Positions 24,292 through 32,424 of a stretch of 42,714 nucleotides of DNA are shown piece after piece. The first letter of the stretch is position 1, and the number at the start of each line of letters is the position of its first letter. The notes beneath the pieces were generated by a model, which worked only from the letters and a program-made list of their open reading frames with translations, had not been told where the DNA came from and did not search any database. Position numbers and translations under genes: made by a program. The DNA is from an uncultured Gammaproteobacteria bacterium (GTDB taxonomy: Bacteria; Patescibacteriota; Patescibacteriia; Veblenbacterales; UBA10138), in the NCBI GenBank assembly GCA_964349095.1, contig CAYGFD010000001.1:13867-56580 (forward strand). The letters are read 5' to 3'.

Positions 24292-24579
24292 ATGGAAACA
24301 AATAATTTCTATGCGGAAATTGCTCGACTGCAGTCAACTGGACTGCCAATTGAATTTATTATCTTCTTTCTCGCCTCGTTCCTTCTAACAATGCTGACAA
24401 TCTTGTTTTGTTCACGATTGTTAGCAGTCTCTTCATTGTTCAGTGCGGTATTATCGCTTTGGTTCATTGTTCCTACATTGAGCGTAGTGGGGATTTTATT
24501 GAGCTCGGTCACTATATTAGTATCGCTCACATATTTTTTTGCTGTGATGCAAAAACCCCAATACCGATATCGGTCGTGA
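24292..24579 (+). CDS. Hypothetical small membrane protein (95 aa, about 3 TM)
   Basis: Strongly hydrophobic, with promoter upstream and terminator downstream on the same strand. No clear SD, and an antisense ORF of equal length exists. Confidence 0.45.
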   Translation: METNNFYAEIARLQSTGLPIEFIIFFLASFLLTMLTILFCSRLLAVSSLFSAVLSLWFIVPTLSVVGILLSSVTILVSLTYFFAVMQKPQYRYRS

Positions 24580-24585
24580 TTTACG

Positions 24586-24612
24586 AAACCCCAAAACAAC
24601 TGGGGTTTTTTT
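24586..24612. terminator. Intrinsic terminator between the convergent cassette C and antiporter genes
   Basis: ACCCCA / TGGGGT stem, 7-nt loop, T7 tract on the plus strand. Confidence 0.75.
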
Positions 24613-24615
24613 ATT

Positions 24616-26301
24616 TTAATTTTTATTATAGCGGTGCTCTAGCTCGGCCAAATGTTTTTGTTTATCAACCAGAAACCGATCCTTGTTCATCAATAATTTT
24701 TGCAGATCGTTACCAAACTGAATTCCCGCAAGATAGTGGGGGAATATTACGTAATCAACGCCGGCGCTATATAAATCACGAGCGTCATGCCACATATCAG
24801 CGGCAGCAAAAAAAGGCACTTTCAAACCTCTGAGTTTTATGTTTTGAAGCAAGGTCAGGTTGTCGTAGATGTCAGAGTTAGTGGAAATAATTAAATTAGC
24901 TTCGGCCATTTGCGTTTTATCTATTAATTCCAAGTCAGTCATATCACCATAAAAACAAGGAATGTTCTGCTTTTTCAAATACTGTATAGCAACTGGATTG
25001 AAATCGACAACAATTACCGGTTTTCCTAATTTTTGTAAAATAGTAACAATATGTTCACCCAGGCGATGATAGCCAAAAAGTATTATGTGATTTGATAGTT
25101 TTTTTTCATCGACTTCGTTTTCTTCGATTTCGTTTTGAAAAATATTTAACCAATTAGAAACCGTTCGGTATATTTTTTCATTGTAAGTAATGTAGTATGT
25201 TGAGACAGTAATAGAAATCACACCTACAAGAGTCACTAGTGAAACGTGGTTGGTGTTTAGGTGTCCGAGGTGTCGACCAAGTTCAACTAAAATTAGTGAG
25301 AATTCACTGACTTGTGCAATTGCTAGGCCGACAAATAAACCAGTGCGTTTTCGATAACCCATAAATTTCATTATTATCATGACGATCAGAGGATTGCCGA
25401 TAAGAACAAACAGGGTTAGGGTAATCAAAAGCGATAGGTTAATTGTTTGTGGATCAAAAATTAGTTTACTTCCTAGAACAATAAAAAAGATCACAATAAA
25501 AAAATCACGTAGATGTCTAATTTTGGAGGCGATCTCTAGGTTATAAGGTAGGGAAGCGAGCGTTAGGCCAGCAAGGAACGCGCCAATTTCCAGCGAGAAG
25601 CCGATGCTCAATGAAAATATGGACAGCACAAAACACCAGCTCATACTAGCGAGAAGTAATAATTCGTCGTTGCGTGCTAGTCGATTGAAAATAGGAGGTA
25701 AGAAATAACGACGGCACAAGAAAACAATGAGTAGTAAGATTGCCACCTTTATGCCGGTATTAATTAGTTGTTGTCCAATACCTTGTTCAGCTCCAGTTAG
25801 ACCTGAGATAAATATTAAAGCAACGATGGCTAAAAAATCTTGAACCAAAAGCATCCCAAGTGCCAGTCTACCGTGAAGGGAATCAACTGATTTTTGCTCC
25901 GCTAGTATTTTGACAACTATTATAGTACTGGAGAAAGTTAGAGCCACAGCAATGTAAAGAGCGGGGATTGCTGCAAAACCAAAAAATTTAATAATAAAAA
26001 AGCCCACCACCGTGGTTATGATAACCTGTGATAAACCAAGAATTAATGATTGTCTACCAACTGCTTTTACCTTTATTAAATTAAGTTCCAGACCAACTAA
26101 GAATAATAAAAAAGCAATACCAAAAGTTGACAGCGACTCTAACATGTCCTGGTTGTTGATGAAGTTCAAAACCGCAGGGCCTAAAATAACGCCAGTGGCT
26201 ACGTAGCCTAAAATAGCGGGTTGTTTTAGAAAACGTACAATCAAAACAATTACTGTGGCGATAATTATTATTAGCCCAAGTTCGGTAAAAAAGTTATTCA
26301 T
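24616..26301 (-). CDS. Cation:proton antiporter (CPA2/Kef-type) with C-terminal RCK/TrkA-N domain
   Basis: About 12 TM Na_H_Exchanger-like core, then a Rossmann-like HIILFGYHRLGEHIVTILQKLGKPVIVVDFNP. Confidence 0.9.
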   Translation of the reverse strand: MNNFFTELGLIIIIATVIVLIVRFLKQPAILGYVATGVILGPAVLNFINNQDMLESLSTFGIAFLLFLVGLELNLIKVKAVGRQSLILGLSQVIITTVVGFFIIKFFGFAAIPALYIAVALTFSSTIIVVKILAEQKSVDSLHGRLALGMLLVQDFLAIVALIFISGLTGAEQGIGQQLINTGIKVAILLLIVFLCRRYFLPPIFNRLARNDELLLLASMSWCFVLSIFSLSIGFSLEIGAFLAGLTLASLPYNLEIASKIRHLRDFFIVIFFIVLGSKLIFDPQTINLSLLITLTLFVLIGNPLIVMIIMKFMGYRKRTGLFVGLAIAQVSEFSLILVELGRHLGHLNTNHVSLVTLVGVISITVSTYYITYNEKIYRTVSNWLNIFQNEIEENEVDEKKLSNHIILFGYHRLGEHIVTILQKLGKPVIVVDFNPVAIQYLKKQNIPCFYGDMTDLELIDKTQMAEANLIISTNSDIYDNLTLLQNIKLRGLKVPFFAAADMWHDARDLYSAGVDYVIFPHYLAGIQFGNDLQKLLMNKDRFLVDKQKHLAELEHRYNKN

Positions 26302-26307
26302 GGCATA

Positions 26308-26362
26308 ATTATATCATAATTAAACTGATTTAATTGAATTAAGCAGTAAAAAGTGGTATAAT
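26308..26362. promoter_or_regulatory. Back-to-back extended -10 promoters for the divergent antiporter gene and the 26373 operon, both leaderless candidates
   Basis: Minus strand: TGaTATAAT (plus coordinates 26316-26308), then 6 nt to ATG 26301. Plus strand: TTGAAT 26334-26339, 17 nt, TGgTATAAT 26354-26362, then 10 nt to ATG 26373. Confidence 0.55.
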
Positions 26363-26372
26363 TTGTCATATT

Positions 26373-26837
26373 ATGCAAGATATTAGGAAAGAGTATAAAG
26401 GACGAGAGGTCACGATTCCAACAGGAGTAGAACAGTCAGAATTGAAGGAAGTTTTTCCAGATGCTCCTAAAGAAGCCGTGGATCAGAGAGTTGTTCCAGC
26501 GCCTCTACCAGTCGAGCCAGTTGCGAATATTAGTTCAAGTATATCCACCCCAGTTATAAGTGTTGATCCAATTCAAAAGAACGTGGAGAATATTTTACAG
26601 GAAGACATGTTGGATCTGTATAAAGAATTAAGTCCGATCGAACAACAACAGTTTAAAATAAAAGGTGAGGAAACCGCCAAAGCGATCAGCCAAATAGTTA
26701 GGGCAATGCAGGTAAAGATTCAAGACATCATAAATTTAATTAAAGATTGGTTAAAGGTGATACCGGGCGTTAAGAATTATTTTGTTGAGCAAGAGGCAAA
26801 AATAAAAGCGGAAAAAATATTAAAATTGCAAAAATAA
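26373..26837 (+). CDS. Hypothetical protein (154 aa, Pro-rich N-half, helical Lys/Glu-rich C-half)
   Basis: ORF with a consensus promoter. The stop overlaps the start of the next gene (ATAATG). I recognise no family. Confidence 0.6.
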   Translation: MQDIRKEYKGREVTIPTGVEQSELKEVFPDAPKEAVDQRVVPAPLPVEPVANISSSISTPVISVDPIQKNVENILQEDMLDLYKELSPIEQQQFKIKGEETAKAISQIVRAMQVKIQDIINLIKDWLKVIPGVKNYFVEQEAKIKAEKILKLQK

Positions 26838-29383
26838 TGAATGGGTTAGACTCGTCAACTCAATCTCTGAATAATTCTTTTATCGGATCGCCGTTAATGT
26901 GGTTGATAATTTTTTTGGTATTTGTTGTTGGAGTCATTGTTTTTCTTTTTATAATGAGAAGGTTAACTCGCAGGGTGTCACAAGTTGACCTAAGTTTGCA
27001 GATGCAGGCGCTGTTAATTACGGTACCTAAAGAGTCTTTTGGTTCAGACCAAGATAAATCATCGGGTCATCAGTTTATTGTTGAACAAATCGGTGTAGCA
27101 GAAGTGTTATGGTCAGCATTAGGGGGATTAAAGCCTGAGGGTGGGTTGAAGAATAAATTTAAAGTTAGGCAGGATCAAATATCTCTGGAAATAGTCCTTA
27201 AGGACGAAGTAATTTCTTTTTACGTAGTTGTACCGCCGGTTTTACGAAGTTTTATTGAACAACAAATTTTGTCTCATTATCCGCACGCAAATATTGAAGC
27301 GGTTGATGATTACAATATATTTCTAGCACGCGGTGCGGTCGCGGGCACATATTTAACATTTTCAAAGATGTCCGCTTTTCCTACCAGAACATTTAAGCAG
27401 TTGGAAGCCGATCCTTTAAATTCTATAACTAATTCCTTAAGTAAGATTCCAGCTGGCTCTGGCGCAGCAATTCAATTGGTTGTCCGATCTGCTAAATCAA
27501 GTTGGCGTAACGAGGGCGTCAGGATTGCTTCGGCGATGCAGCAGGGCAAAGCTTTAAATGAGGTTTCCCATGGCCAGGGTTTTGGAAAAATTGCCTCCGG
27601 CGCTTGGAAGTTAGGCAAAGAGATGTTTGGTTCTAGCACTAAAAAATCCGAAATTGAGAAAGCTAATAATAAATACCAACTGTCTCCTCTGGAGCAAGAG
27701 ATGATAAAGGGGATTGAAAATAAGGCTTCTAACGCTGGTTTGGACGTAAATATTCGCATCGTCACCGCCGCGCCCGATCAGGTATCTGCTGATCGGTACC
27801 TTTATGATATTGCCAATGCTTTTAATCAATTCAATGTTTATGAATACGGTAATAGTTATGTGGCAACCAAGCCGCATTCGCTGGATGATTTTATGACGGG
27901 TTTTATTCATCGCGAATTAAATGAAAGTAAAAAAATAGTTTTAAATACTGAAGAACTCGCGACGATCTATCATTTTCCGTTGCCATCTACTGAAACACCA
28001 AATATTAAGTGGCTAGGCGCTCGTCGAGCGGCCGCACCTGTAAATATGCCCGCTGCTGGTTTGCAATTAGGTATTAATTATTACCGAGGGCAGGAAGTTC
28101 CGGTCAAAATTAAAGATGATGATCGACGAAGACATGTCTATGTAATTGGTAAGTCTGGTACAGGTAAATCAGTTTTGTTGCAGAACATGATTGTGCAGGA
28201 TATTAAAGCTGGCCACGGTGTTGGTGTTATTGATCCGCACGGGGATTTAGTGGAAGGTATTTTGGAACAAGTACCGCCCGAGCGAGTTGACGATATAATT
28301 GTTTTTAACCCATCAGATGTCGAGCGACCAATGGGACTTAATATGCTTGAGTTTTCCGCTCCGGAGCAGATGGATTTTGCGGTTCAGGAAATGATTTCTA
28401 TTTTTTACAAATTATTTCCACCGGAAATGATTGGCCCAATGTTTGAACATAACATGAGAAATGTCATGTTAACCTTAATGGCTGATAAGGAATTCCCCGG
28501 CACGATTGCTGACATCCCACGCATGTTCACTGATAAAGAGTTTCAAAAGTATAAAGTGTCAAAATTGGGTGACCCAGTAGTTCGTGCTTTTTGGGAAAAG
28601 GAAATGGCGCAGACAACGGATTTTCACAAATCTGAAATGTTGGGTTATCTGATTTCCAAAGTTGGCAGGTTTGTTGAAAATGAAATGATGCGTAATATTA
28701 TCGGTCAACCAAAGTCAGGGTTTAATTTCCGAGAAGTTATGGATAATCAAAAGGTCGTTCTGGTTAATTTATCTAAAGGGACGACTGGTGAAGTAAATTC
28801 CTCGTTATTGGGATTGATAATTGTTTCAAAAATGCAGATGGCGGCAATGTCTCGTGCTAACTTGCCGGAATCAGAACGTAAGGATTTTTATTTATACATT
28901 GATGAGTTTCAAAACTTTATAACTGATTCCATAGCGACTATTTTATCTGAAGCAAGAAAGTACAGATTGGATTTAATAATTGCCAATCAATATCTTAAGC
29001 AATTAACTCAGGGTAATGACACTAAAATTAGGGATGCCGTTCTAGGAACGGTGGGCACATTAGTTAGTTTTAAAATTGGCGTTGAGGATGCTGAAGTATT
29101 GGCCAAGGAGTTTGAGCCTGTATTTAATGCCCACGATATTGTTAATATTGAGCAATATAACGCTTATGTTAAGCTTTTGGTTGATAACGCGCCGGCCAGA
29201 CCTTTTAATATGAGAACCTTACCACCAGGACGTGGAGACAAAAATATTGCTAAAAAAATTAAGGAATTATCAAGGCTTAAATATGGGAAAGCACGTGCCG
29301 AGGTACAGTCAGAAATAATGGAGAGAACAAGACTTGGTTCAGCAATCACTAAACAGGCGGTACCAACTGAGCGAACGCTATGA
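26837..29383 (+). CDS. Fused membrane-anchored N-module + VirD4/TraD-like (FtsK-HerA superfamily) P-loop NTPase, 848 aa
   Basis: TM helix LMWLIIFLVFVVGVIVFLFIM. The N-module is homologous to ORF 37331-38737. Walker A GKSGTGKS (nt 28149-28172), DPHGDL, Walker B FYLYIDEFQNF, LIIANQY sensor-like motif. The C-half aligns with ORF 38740-40515. Confidence 0.8.
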   Translation: MNGLDSSTQSLNNSFIGSPLMWLIIFLVFVVGVIVFLFIMRRLTRRVSQVDLSLQMQALLITVPKESFGSDQDKSSGHQFIVEQIGVAEVLWSALGGLKPEGGLKNKFKVRQDQISLEIVLKDEVISFYVVVPPVLRSFIEQQILSHYPHANIEAVDDYNIFLARGAVAGTYLTFSKMSAFPTRTFKQLEADPLNSITNSLSKIPAGSGAAIQLVVRSAKSSWRNEGVRIASAMQQGKALNEVSHGQGFGKIASGAWKLGKEMFGSSTKKSEIEKANNKYQLSPLEQEMIKGIENKASNAGLDVNIRIVTAAPDQVSADRYLYDIANAFNQFNVYEYGNSYVATKPHSLDDFMTGFIHRELNESKKIVLNTEELATIYHFPLPSTETPNIKWLGARRAAAPVNMPAAGLQLGINYYRGQEVPVKIKDDDRRRHVYVIGKSGTGKSVLLQNMIVQDIKAGHGVGVIDPHGDLVEGILEQVPPERVDDIIVFNPSDVERPMGLNMLEFSAPEQMDFAVQEMISIFYKLFPPEMIGPMFEHNMRNVMLTLMADKEFPGTIADIPRMFTDKEFQKYKVSKLGDPVVRAFWEKEMAQTTDFHKSEMLGYLISKVGRFVENEMMRNIIGQPKSGFNFREVMDNQKVVLVNLSKGTTGEVNSSLLGLIIVSKMQMAAMSRANLPESERKDFYLYIDEFQNFITDSIATILSEARKYRLDLIIANQYLKQLTQGNDTKIRDAVLGTVGTLVSFKIGVEDAEVLAKEFEPVFNAHDIVNIEQYNAYVKLLVDNAPARPFNMRTLPPGRGDKNIAKKIKELSRLKYGKARAEVQSEIMERTRLGSAITKQAVPTERTL

Positions 29384-29907
29384 TAATATTGCAACTTGTA
29401 TTTCTAATACTACTGCTGGTGGTATTAGGGAGTGTTGCTTTTGCAACTTTATCAGCGGCCCCTTGGGTTCCGCTACCAAAAAAAGACGTCCGGCGTATGG
29501 TGGCGCACGCCAACATTAAGCCAGGTGAAACGGTTTATGATTTAGGCTGTGGCGATGGCAGAGTACTAATTGAGGTTGCAAGAGCAATGAATGCAAAGGC
29601 TATTGGTTTTGAAATATCAATACTCATGTATGTAGTTGCCTTACTTAGGGTTTATTTATCTGGTCAGTCAAAGAACATTAAGATACACCTTAAAAATTTT
29701 TACAAAACAGACTTTAAAGAGGCCGATGTTATACTTTGTTTTTTAACACCCAATGCTATGCGTAATTTAAAGACCAAAGTCGAAAGTGAATTAAAATTCG
29801 GCGCCAGGTTTCTGAGTTACGTTTTTCCAATTAATGGCATAAAGCCTAAAGAGATATTTAAGGAACGCGAAACTGACGCAACTATATATTTATATTCTAC
29901 TGAATAA
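29380..29907 (+). CDS. Membrane-anchored class I SAM-dependent methyltransferase
   Basis: N-terminal TM (LQLVFLILLLVVLGSVAFATL), then APWVPLPKKDV...VYDLGCGDGRVLIEVA (motif I). ATGA overlap with the preceding gene. Confidence 0.8.
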   Translation: MIILQLVFLILLLVVLGSVAFATLSAAPWVPLPKKDVRRMVAHANIKPGETVYDLGCGDGRVLIEVARAMNAKAIGFEISILMYVVALLRVYLSGQSKNIKIHLKNFYKTDFKEADVILCFLTPNAMRNLKTKVESELKFGARFLSYVFPINGIKPKEIFKERETDATIYLYSTE

Positions 29908-29947
29908 ATTATTTGCTCAAGCAAAGTTTAGTATGTGTATAAGTAAA

Positions 29948-29976
29948 TTGACAGTTGGGGTTGTTTTTTTTATACT
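29948..29976 (+). promoter_or_regulatory. Putative promoter (TTGACA-17-TATACT) followed by a very A-rich, SD-less leader of about 80 nt
   Basis: TTGACA 29948-29953, 17-nt spacer, TATACT 29971-29976. Confidence 0.5.
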
Positions 29977-30059
29977 TAGCGGGTAAAATATAAAACAAAA
30001 AAAATCAAAATTGGAACAAATCAAAAAAAATAAATCAGAAAACTAACCCAAAAATAAAT

Positions 30060-30647
30060 ATGACAACCGACGGAAACAAACTAGTTTTAATTAGGCAATT
30101 AGTTGAGGCGGCAAAAAATAATTTAGATACCGCTACCCAGCTTTTAAAAAATTTAGGAGCGGAAACAATTGCCACCGGAAAAATTGAAGCGCCCGATACA
30201 GCAGTACAGCACACCGAACAGGGGGCTGTGATTATCGAGGGTGTTTTTGACGGTCAAAATATGGTTGGACCAGACGGAAAACTTTACAGTGTCCCAGCAA
30301 ACTACGCCTCCAAATCAAAATTGGTTGAAGGTGATTTGCTAAAACTTACTATTTCACCAGACGGGTCTTTTATTTATAAACAAATTGGTCCGGTTGAACG
30401 CGAGCGGTTGGTTGGTGTTTTAATGAAAGATGATCAAACAGAAGAATATAAAGTTTTAGCGCGGGGGACATACTACCGTATTTTACTTGCGAGCGTAACT
30501 TATTTTAAAGCTTCGTTAAGTGATGAAGTGGTTGTGTTGGTGCCTAAAGGTTCTGCCTCCACTTGGGCAGCTGTTGAAAATGTCATAAAGACCCATGAAA
30601 ACGGGGATATTGAGATGATATCAGGTGATGAGGAAGTGCCGGAATAA
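30060..30647 (+). CDS. Hypothetical protein (195 aa)
   Basis: Clean ORF with a helical N-terminus and a beta-rich middle (VIIEGVFDGQNMVGPDGKLYSVPANYASKSKLVEGDLLKL). I recognise no family. Confidence 0.6.
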   Translation: MTTDGNKLVLIRQLVEAAKNNLDTATQLLKNLGAETIATGKIEAPDTAVQHTEQGAVIIEGVFDGQNMVGPDGKLYSVPANYASKSKLVEGDLLKLTISPDGSFIYKQIGPVERERLVGVLMKDDQTEEYKVLARGTYYRILLASVTYFKASLSDEVVVLVPKGSASTWAAVENVIKTHENGDIEMISGDEEVPE

Positions 30648-30686
30648 TTGATGAAAATTAATTGAAGATTTTGTTTTGTTACTTAT

Positions 30687-30715
30687 TTGCCAACTGACCA
30701 ATACTCGTTTAAAAT
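30687..30715 (+). promoter_or_regulatory. Putative dnaX promoter (TTGCCA-17-TAAAAT), -10 box 11 nt from the ATG
   Basis: TTGCCA 30687-30692, 17-nt spacer, TAAAAT 30710-30715, ATG 30727. No SD. Confidence 0.5.
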
Positions 30716-30726
30716 AGTAGTACTTT

Positions 30727-32232
30727 ATGACCACTACTATTTATCGAAAGTATCGGCCGCAGTTTTTTTCTGACGTCATTGGTCAGGAGCATGTAACTAA
30801 GACTTTGCAAAATGAATTGGCTACCAATAAGTTGGCTCATGCTTATTTGTTTTGCGGTATTCGTGGGGTCGGTAAAACAACACTCGCTAGATTGCTAGCC
30901 AAGTCACTGAATTGTCAGAAAAGAAAAGCTGGGGATTATGAGCCATGTGATAAATGTGATTCGTGTTTAGCTATTAAAAGTGGTTCTTCTTTAGACTTGC
31001 TTGAATTAGACGCCGCCTCTAATAGAAGGATCGATGACATTAGAGAAATAAAAGAACATATTCCCTATGGTCCGGTTTCCAGTAATTACAAGGTCGTCAT
31101 CATCGACGAGGTCCACATGTTAACAACCGAAGCTTTCAATGCATTACTTAAAACTTTGGAAGAGCCCCCAACCCATACGATTTTCGTTTTAGCCACCACC
31201 GAGATTCATAAATTACCTGAAACCATTATTTCCCGTTGTCAGCGGTTTGATTTTCATAAAGTGCCGGCGCGGACCATTGCAACAAGACTTACTGAGATAG
31301 CTAAGTCAGAGGATGTAAAAATAGAGGATGATGTGCTAATGGAGGTGGCGCGACTTTCTGGTGGTTCCACTAGAGACGCCGAGAGTATGTTAGGAAAGTT
31401 ACTTTCACTGGGAGAGAAAAAAATAGGCATGACTGAAGCTTTATTGGTTTTACCTAGATCAGATATTGGGACAGCTTTAAAGTTGTTAGAGTTTTTAGTT
31501 AAGAAAAATGGAGCCGAAGCAGTGGGGTTGATTAATGGATTCTATGATGAGGGCGGAGATTTGGATTACTTACATAACCAGACAACTGAATTGATGAGGA
31601 AATTATTACTTATTAAGTTAGGCGGCGGTTTAACAAAGTTATCAAGTTATGATTTATCTCCTGAACAGGAAGAGCAATTGGTTAAGTTGGCGCAAATGAT
31701 AACAGCTCTGCAGGTTCAGCAAGTTTTGGAAGAGTGGCTTAGGGTCCAAAGTTTTAATAATCAAACCGATATTTTGCAGCTGCCTATAGAAATGGCAATT
31801 ATCTCTATTACTGAGAGAAATACTTCGAGCAGGGAAGTTATTGTAGAACGACCAGTTAGTAAACCAGAGTCGATGGTGACTTTTAAAAAGGAAACAGAGC
31901 CATTAACAACAGAGACTCCAGCCTCTCCAACAGTAATTGGCGATTGGTCGCAAGTGATTGATAAACTCAAGGCTTTTAATCATTCGCTGTCATTTATTTT
32001 GAGCTCGGCCGCTTTTGAGGGCGTCAAAGATGATAAGTTAGTGGTCAATTTCAATTACAAGCTACATTATGAAAGAGTAAACAGCGCCAAGATTAAACAG
32101 GTGATAGATGATGCTATTAAAAGTGTATATGGTAGGGCGTTAAAGTTTTCTCCTCGGGTTGTGGAAAACACACCAGTCAAAGATGATTTATTGTCGGCTG
32201 TTCTCAACACATTTGGTGGCAAAGTAAATTAA
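30727..32232 (+). CDS. dnaX: DNA polymerase III subunit gamma/tau
   Basis: YRPQFFSDVIGQEHV, Walker A GIRGVGKTT, Zn module CxxC..CxxC (CQKRKAGDYEPCDKCDSC), DEVHML, SRCQRFDF. Confidence 0.95.
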   Translation: MTTTIYRKYRPQFFSDVIGQEHVTKTLQNELATNKLAHAYLFCGIRGVGKTTLARLLAKSLNCQKRKAGDYEPCDKCDSCLAIKSGSSLDLLELDAASNRRIDDIREIKEHIPYGPVSSNYKVVIIDEVHMLTTEAFNALLKTLEEPPTHTIFVLATTEIHKLPETIISRCQRFDFHKVPARTIATRLTEIAKSEDVKIEDDVLMEVARLSGGSTRDAESMLGKLLSLGEKKIGMTEALLVLPRSDIGTALKLLEFLVKKNGAEAVGLINGFYDEGGDLDYLHNQTTELMRKLLLIKLGGGLTKLSSYDLSPEQEEQLVKLAQMITALQVQQVLEEWLRVQSFNNQTDILQLPIEMAIISITERNTSSREVIVERPVSKPESMVTFKKETEPLTTETPASPTVIGDWSQVIDKLKAFNHSLSFILSSAAFEGVKDDKLVVNFNYKLHYERVNSAKIKQVIDDAIKSVYGRALKFSPRVVENTPVKDDLLSAVLNTFGGKVN

Positions 32233-32265
32233 TTGTTAGCAAGAAGGCGAGACAGCAGGGTAGGG

Positions 32266-32294
32266 TTGATTTTTTTGTGAAATTTTAATAATAT
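32266..32294 (+). promoter_or_regulatory. Putative tRNA promoter (TTGATT-17-TAATAT)
   Basis: TTGATT 32266-32271, 17-nt spacer, TAATAT 32289-32294. The tRNA 5' end is 10 nt downstream. Confidence 0.45.
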
Positions 32295-32304
32295 GTTGGA
32301 ACAT

Positions 32305-32378
32305 TGCGGGATCGTCTAATGGTAGGACTTCGCCCTCTGGAGGCGACTATCTTGGTTCGAATCCAAGTCCCGCAGCCA
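32305..32378 (+). tRNA. tRNA-Gln (anticodon CUG), CCA encoded
   Basis: Hand-folded cloverleaf. Acceptor TGCGGGA/TCCCGCA (U1-A72, G73 as in bacterial tRNA-Gln), anticodon stem TCGCC/GGCGA with loop CT-CTG-GA, T arm CTTGG-TTCGAAT-CCAAG, 3' GCCA. Confidence 0.9.
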
Positions 32379-32424
32379 GTTTAAACGCGGTTCGATGCTC
32401 AAAGAGCGTCGATAAGTTAAACAC

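Noticed and set aside
24309-24599. 96-aa minus-strand ORF opposite the 95-aa membrane ORF
   Set aside because: The promoter (24213) and the T-tract orientation of the terminator favour the plus strand, and no promoter or SD is seen for the minus ORF. I kept it as a caveat in the findings rather than as a feature.
24408-24833. 141-aa plus-strand ORF
   Set aside because: It runs through the terminator at 24586-24612 and is antisense to the 3' end of the CPA2 antiporter gene. It is a shadow ORF.
29334-29519. 61-aa ORF overlapping the ATPase/methyltransferase junction
   Set aside because: It is in an alternative frame across two well-supported, translationally coupled genes and has no signals of its own.
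32379-32424. 8-bp hairpin (CGATGCTC-aaa-GAGCGTCG) flanked by GTTTAAAC / GTTAAAC just after tRNA-Gln
   Set aside because: It is most simply a tRNA 3' processing or termination hairpin. There is no T-tract and nothing suggests an integration site, since no integrase or direct repeat of the tRNA 3' end is seen downstream.
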